DNA of 12,523 nucleotides from Octopus sinensis (lineage: Eukaryota), in contig NW_021826587.1 of NCBI RefSeq assembly GCF_006345805.1, positions 1 to 12,523 of the forward strand. The letters are read 5' to 3'. Of the stretch, positions 8,037-12,523 are shown in pieces; within the stretch, counting starts at the first letter, position 1, and each line of letters begins with the position of its first letter. Below the pieces are notes generated by a model, which made no database searches, had not been told where the DNA came from, and saw only the letters and a program-made list of their open reading frames with translations. The position numbers were made by a program, and so were the translations under genes.

Positions 8037-8465
8037 GTCGCGCATGTGTGCGTGCGTGTGTGTGCATCTTGCGTATCTCTAGTGAGGCCCCTTCAGTTAT
8101 AAATAACCGGTCCACGTTTCCGGTTTGAGAGCGCCTACTTTCCTCTCTTCCACCAGTTTCTGAAATTCTGAAAGAGGCTTGGGGGGTATGCGTATTGCTT
8201 TTCTTCTTGTATAAAAGATTTAAAAAAACATTCACAACAGGGATCTATTCCCACCCTACGCGGCCCTTTCCCTTTCTACTTGTAAGACAAATATCTAGCT
8301 TCGTCAGGTTGTGTTCTGCTGGGTGGAGCTGAGAATTTCATCACATGTACTTAAAGGGTGGGGGTCTTCATTTTCAAGCGTTAAAATTCATTTGGGTCCT
8401 CAATTGAATACTCATCGCCGGGATCGATCTCCTACGTTTATATCGCTAACATTTCAATTTCGTAT

Positions 8466-8593
8466 TACCGTCTACCAAATCCACTCACAAAGCATTGGTC
8501 ATCCCTAGGCTATAGTAGAAGACAGTTGCTCAAGGTACCACACAGTGGAACTGAACCTGTGAGCAAACGTCTTACCACAGTCACGCCTGCGCC
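8466..8593 (-). mobile_element. SINE family A, 5' half with deletions
   Basis: ccgtctaccaaatccactcacaaagcattggtc...ctatagtagaagacag...gtggaactgaacc...cacagtcacgcctgcgcct. Confidence 0.85.
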
Positions 8594-8835
8594 TAAAATA
8601 TAAAGTATTTTAACTGATTGTATGTTTTATTTAATAAAAAATATAATTTTGGAGACCTACATTCTTGCATCTGACTTTGGCTTCTTACCAACTAGCATGC
8701 GACCAATATGGTCCTTCGTAACCTAGCGATGCCTATTTCAAATCAGAAAGGGCTTGGATACCTCTATTACCTTCACAGTTCACACAAAGACCGCTGGCTT
8801 ATCATTGAAATGATATGTATTAAAAAGGATGAGAG

Positions 8836-8935
8836 CAGTGAGCTGACGTACGGAGAATCGGTAGCGAGTTTCTTTTTTTGCGATTAGCGTTCGAATCAGG
8901 CCGGGATCAAATTAACCTTTCATTCTTCTGGGTCC
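8836..8935 (+). mobile_element. SINE family B, highly degenerate head fragment
   Basis: gcagtgagctg...gagaatcggtagc...gttcgaatcaggccgggatcaaattaacctttcattcttctgggtc resembles 7381-7500 and 2911-2960. Confidence 0.55.
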
Positions 8936-9145
8936 CAGCCAACAACCATCATCACGCATCACTTAAACAAGAAAGAAAAAAATAGGGTCCTTGTCTATGT
9001 TTTTGTTACTCGCTATTTAAAAAAAAATTTAACCCTTGTATACTACGTATATTTCCCTTCGTTTTTATTGTATACCTTGTACACTTACAATTTTTTTGTT
9101 ACTCATTTGATTATTTTATTTCATTAAATGTAAAGCCCAACTTTT

Positions 9146-10439
9146 GTGTCTGTCTTAGTATTGTCCACCTCATCCTTCACCCTGGTGGCAACCGCTCTCA
9201 GGGACCACGAGGTGGTTTCAGCAGCGATAATTAACCAGGAAAAAGCGGTTGGCTTGTGGCTCGGTAACTCCATGCCATCCAACTGCGTCGTTAAGCGCTG
9301 GACAGACGGACCGGACCGGTCAAATTGCTCGGGGCTGGTTCGGTCCGGATCTTCAGATGGACAAAAACTGAGGCGAGGTAATGAGCAAGTGACTACTCTC
9401 ACACAGAAATGGGCCGAAAATAAAAAGCTATCCCTGAAAAGTCGGGCAAAGATGGCTAACGCGTACATTACGTCCGTCATCTGCTATTGCTTGACCATCG
9501 TGCCTTGTCCTGACCACCGTCTGATTACGCCGGAGCGTATACTCTTCCGCTTCTTGTGGAAGGAACGCATTCCGATGGTCAGGCGGTCTGTCTGCTGTCA
9601 GCACCCGCTGTGTGGTGCCCTAGGCAAGCCGTGGTTCGTGATGCGCAGACATGCGCTGAGGCTACGACATCGCCAGTATTTCCCTGACGGTGAACAGGTG
9701 TGGTCGCCGTTCTCCAGACACATATTTCCGCAGCTGTTTCTTTAACGGAGCTGCAGTTCTGTGTAAAACAGACCAAGAGGGAGCATTTGGAAAGTGGAAT
9801 GTATTTAAGCGCTCACAGCCTTCAGCCAATCGGACACTGCGATAGGTGGAACAATTTAACCTTTTATAGATTAGTGGAGGAAAAGTACGACGACGTTCTT
9901 GGGGAGACCTTGGCCGTCGAAAAAAATCAACTAGCCGCTCTTTTCTGGAGAACTTTCGGCTGGGGACCAATGGATAATTTCCAAAAATCTCTGGCCTGGT
10001 GGTGCTACCTAGGAGCTTTGCAGGCACGGATGTACTGCAAGCCGAGCATGTCCGAAATGCGCGCAGCACGACGGGACGGTCCAGCATGTACTCGTCCAGT
10101 GTCCAAGCATTTCTGACCTGTGGGTTTATATCGAACACCTGCTGTCGCGTGTGGGACGGATCCGGCTATCAACTGAATCCATCATGACGATCGCCACACC
10201 GCCTTCCTTTAACCGTGGTGACCATGACGAAAGAGGTTGTATGGTGGATGAGATTAAAGGGGCTGAAGACAAACACTATTCTCTTTGGCCAATCCCTGAT
10301 CAACTTCTTCAAGTTTCACTTGAAAAGGAAAATAAGGGGAGAGAGGGAAGTGTTGTCTTTTAGCCAGTTTGCTGAAAGGTGGATGAAAGTGGTGAGAATG
10401 GTGTGAGTGAATGGGCCTACCCTGAGCATACACCTGTAG
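9146..10439 (+). mobile_element. Tx1/L1-clade non-LTR retrotransposon, 5'-truncated and frameshifted ORF2 3' part (end of RT through the C-terminal CCHC zinc knuckle)
   Basis: Stitching frames gives ...ALRDHEVVSAAIINQEKAVGLWLG...WTDGP/VKLLG/WFGPDLQMDKN*GEV/...KLSLKSRAKMANAY...LFRFLWKERIPMVRRSVCCQHP...RRHALRLRH.../NFQKSLAWWCYLGAL/CPKCAQHDGTVQHVLVQCP/...KEVVWWMRLKGL...FKFHLKRKI...ERWMKV. C-x2-C-x8-H-x4-C lies at 10049-10102. There is a premature TGA at 10404-10406 and a probable original stop TAG at 10437-10439. The motif order fits established Tx1/L1 ORF2 architecture. Confidence 0.88.
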
Positions 10440-10525
10440 TTGGAAAAAAGGAAAGGGAAAACGCATCGGCCCCAAAAGTCAGGATACCCATGTTTTTTTA
10501 ATGGTGTTTTTCCATGAGCAACCCT
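10440..10525 (+). other. Probable proximal 3'UTR of the Tx1-like element, with no poly(A) end
   Basis: Follows the ORF2 stop; the right boundary is inferred. Confidence 0.4.
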
Positions 10526-10634
10526 CGAATGTCCCATCCCTAAGGAAGATTACACATTTATGATTTCTATTTAAAACAAATTTGTTAGTCTTGTTTACAC
10601 GCAAAGATCTCACACACACACACATACACACACA

Positions 10635-10690
10635 CCCCGTGTATTGATAATGCTTTCCTTAATGTAAACCCTTGCGGTTAATAAAGAAAT
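10635..10690 (+). mobile_element. Possible retroposon 3' tail remnant
   Basis: aaacccttgcggttaataaagaaat (AATAAA at 10680-10685) followed by (ATT)n. It resembles the SINE B tail agcccctt...ggtagtaaagaaat at 3041-3048 and 3401-3414. Confidence 0.35.
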
Positions 10691-10798
10691 CATTATTGTT
10701 GTTGCTATTATTATTATTATTGTTATCATCATCATTATTATTGTTATATTATTATTATTCAGTAGTTTTATTTTTATTTTTATTATTATTTTATTTTA

Positions 10799-10861
<63 letters not shown>
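10690..10861. repeat. (ATT)n microsatellite with variant units
   Basis: Seen directly. Confidence 0.95.
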
Positions 10862-10863
<2 letters not shown>

Positions 10864-10999
10864 TGCCGTGGTCGACTGTGCCTTTCATCCTTTCGGGGTC
10901 GATAAATTAAGTACCAGTGAGACACTGGGGTCAATATAATCGACTAGTCTCCACCCCACAAATTTGAGGCCTTGTGCCTCCAGTAGAAAGGATAATTAT
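10862..10999 (+). mobile_element. SINE family B, 3' half
   Basis: tctgccgtggtcgactgtgcctttcatcctttcggggtcgataaattaagtaccag...ggccttgtgcctccagtagaaaggataatt. Confidence 0.88.
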
Positions 11000-11011
11000 T
11001 GCTGTTGTTGC

Positions 11012-11042
<31 letters not shown>

Positions 11043-11066
11043 CTTCTTCTTCTTCTTCTTCTTCTT

Positions 11067-11159
<93 letters not shown>
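11000..11159. repeat. In-phase compound trinucleotide array (TTG)n-(TTC)n-(TTA)n
   Basis: TTG ~11000-11040, TTC ~11041-11097, TTA ~11098-11159. Confidence 0.97.
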
Positions 11160-11347
11160 TAGTATATACGATGGCAGACAAGCGTAAAGTTATGAGTGTT
11201 ATGTCAAAGGTTACAGGTCAAATGTCATATTGTTTACTCTAGGATGAAACAGTTATTTGCCGAATCAGTGTCACGTGATCTTGATATTTTAGATATGGAA
11301 ACAGAAGCCATTTATATTGTAGGTCTACTACAACGGTAATAAACAGT

Positions 11348-11430
11348 GTAGTAGTAGTTATGGCGGCGGTGGCGACGGTGAGGATAGTAGTAGTAGTAGA
11401 GTAGTAGTAGTAGTAGTAGTGGTGGTAATT
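11348..11430. repeat. (GTA)n tract with (GGC/GGT) variant units
   Basis: Seen directly. Confidence 0.85.
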
Positions 11431-11529
11431 ATGGTTTTAGCTGGCACTTAGTGCAATGTTTAATCGTTGATTATGCATGTGTATGAGTGTCTGACACACA
11501 CATACACACACACACACACACACACATGT

Positions 11530-11711
11530 TCTTTTATTCTTTTATTTGTTTCAACCATTTTTACTGTGGCCATGCTGGAGCACCGACTTTAGTCGAACAA
11601 ATCGACCCCAGGACTTATTCTTTGTAAGCCTAGTACTTATTCTGTCGGTGTCTTTTGCCGAACTGCTAGGTTACGGAGACGTAAGCACGCCAACATCAGT
11701 TGTCAAACGAT
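11530..11711 (-). mobile_element. SINE family A, 3' half
   Basis: ttgtttcaaccatttttactgtggccatgctggagcaccgactttagtcgaacaaatcgaccccagg...caacatcagttgtcaaacgat. Confidence 0.9.
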
Positions 11712-11733
11712 ATATATAATATATTATATAATA

Positions 11734-11774
<41 letters not shown>

Positions 11775-11830
11775 TTATATATATATATATATATATGTAT
11801 AAAAATATATATGTATAAAATATATATATA
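11712..11830. repeat. (TA)n microsatellite
   Basis: Seen directly. Confidence 0.95.
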
Positions 11831-11953
11831 AAATACAAAATGGGACAAGAACGCAAAACATTCAAATAGACGATTCAAAAAAAAGCGGAAGGGTCATTCG
11901 AAGCCTCTAATCTTCAGTCAAGAACCGGATCATCCTCGCAATTTCGGCTGACT
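11831..11953 (-). mobile_element. Unclassified interspersed repeat, copy 2 (~120 bp), embedded in (TA)n
   Basis: Its reverse complement matches 7053-7152 and extends ~20 bp further at the 5' end (GTCAGCCGAAATTGCGAGG). (TA)n lies on both sides. Confidence 0.8.
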
Positions 11954-12150
11954 AATATATATATATATATATATATATAGTATACACCAACATCGGTTGT
12001 CAAGCGATGGTGTATATATATATATATTTGTGTGTACATCACCTCATGCAAGCCAATAACAGAACGTCTACGACTTCACTCGACAAGAAAAATTTTTGCC
12101 ATAAAGACAAAAAAACCCAGACAATATAATCCTAAAATACAAATAAATAA

Positions 12151-12151
<1 letters not shown>

Positions 12152-12209
<58 letters not shown>
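12152..12209. repeat. Perfect (CA)n microsatellite
   Basis: Seen directly. Confidence 0.97.
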
Positions 12210-12214
<5 letters not shown>

Positions 12215-12399
12215 TGAATGAAAACGGGATGGTCGCAGTTTAAACAACTTTGAAAATAAATCAGTGAGATCAGGCAAGATCTGGCGCTAAACAACATCAA
12301 AAGCAACAGCAGCGACGACAAGAAGTCTACCTTACTTAAATGACAAACGCACGGTGGAAACGTTGCGTTTGCTGCAGAAATAAGTCTAAAAAGTCAGAC

Positions 12400-12423
12400 A
12401 TTTTCTTATTTTATATGTTGCAG
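12400..12423 (+). promoter_or_regulatory. Candidate 3' splice site (polypyrimidine tract + CAG)
   Basis: attttcttattttatatgttgCAG| ending at 12423. Confidence 0.45.
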
Positions 12424-12449
12424 TATCGTAGTATTGTCCAGGCCATCAT

Positions 12450-12523
12450 ATGCTGTTATACATTGCTGGTCACGATGCGCTTTCAATTCTCTTCATTGTG
12501 CTATTCTTTTCGATCTTGACACA
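12450..12523 (+). CDS. Candidate N-terminus of a secreted or membrane protein (partial, runs off the window)
   Basis: The ATG at 12450 lies 26 nt after the acceptor, with an in-frame upstream TAG at 12429-12431. It encodes MLLYIAGHDALSILFIVLFFSILT..., which has a hydrophobic core (LSILFIVLFFSIL). Only 24 codons are visible. Confidence 0.3.
   Translation, partial: MLLYIAGHDALSILFIVLFFSILT

Noticed and set aside
779-12277. Many ORFs rich in CV, HT, YI, MYVC or poly-L/F/Y/S/C
   Set aside because: They are translations of microsatellites and SINE sequence, with no coding-like complexity.
1-12523. CRISPR array, rRNA or prokaryotic operon
   Set aside because: There is no regular repeat-spacer structure, no rRNA-like sequence and no dense coding; the DNA is plainly eukaryotic and repeat-rich.

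Overview
Eukaryotic, AT-rich, microsatellite-dense genomic DNA, most likely intronic or intergenic sequence from an octopus. That assignment is inferred from the SINE families and repeat style as I recall them, not from a search. No complete host protein-coding gene is present, and most ORFs in the track are translations of (CA)n, (TA)n, (TACA)n or (NTT)n repeats. The window holds eight copies or fragments of a ~410-bp tRNA-derived SINE (family A; 7 on minus, 1 on plus) and four of a second tRNA-derived SINE (family B). It also has a decayed Tx1/L1-clade LINE ORF2 3' fragment with a CCHC zinc knuckle (9146-10439), two hAT-like MITEs, a piggyBac-like MITE with an internal duplication, and a non-autonomous Helitron. 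Three short elements sit inside (TA)n tracts, and one of them carries a minimal type I hammerhead ribozyme core (1348-1385, minus) of the kind known from Penelope-like elements. The only host-gene signals are a candidate small exon (6789-6867) and a strong 3' splice site at 12423 followed by an ATG and a hydrophobic signal-peptide-like ORF that runs off the window end. I see no convincing wholly new system; the best leads are the hammerhead-bearing and TA-embedded elements, the unusual Helitron ends and the possible gene start.
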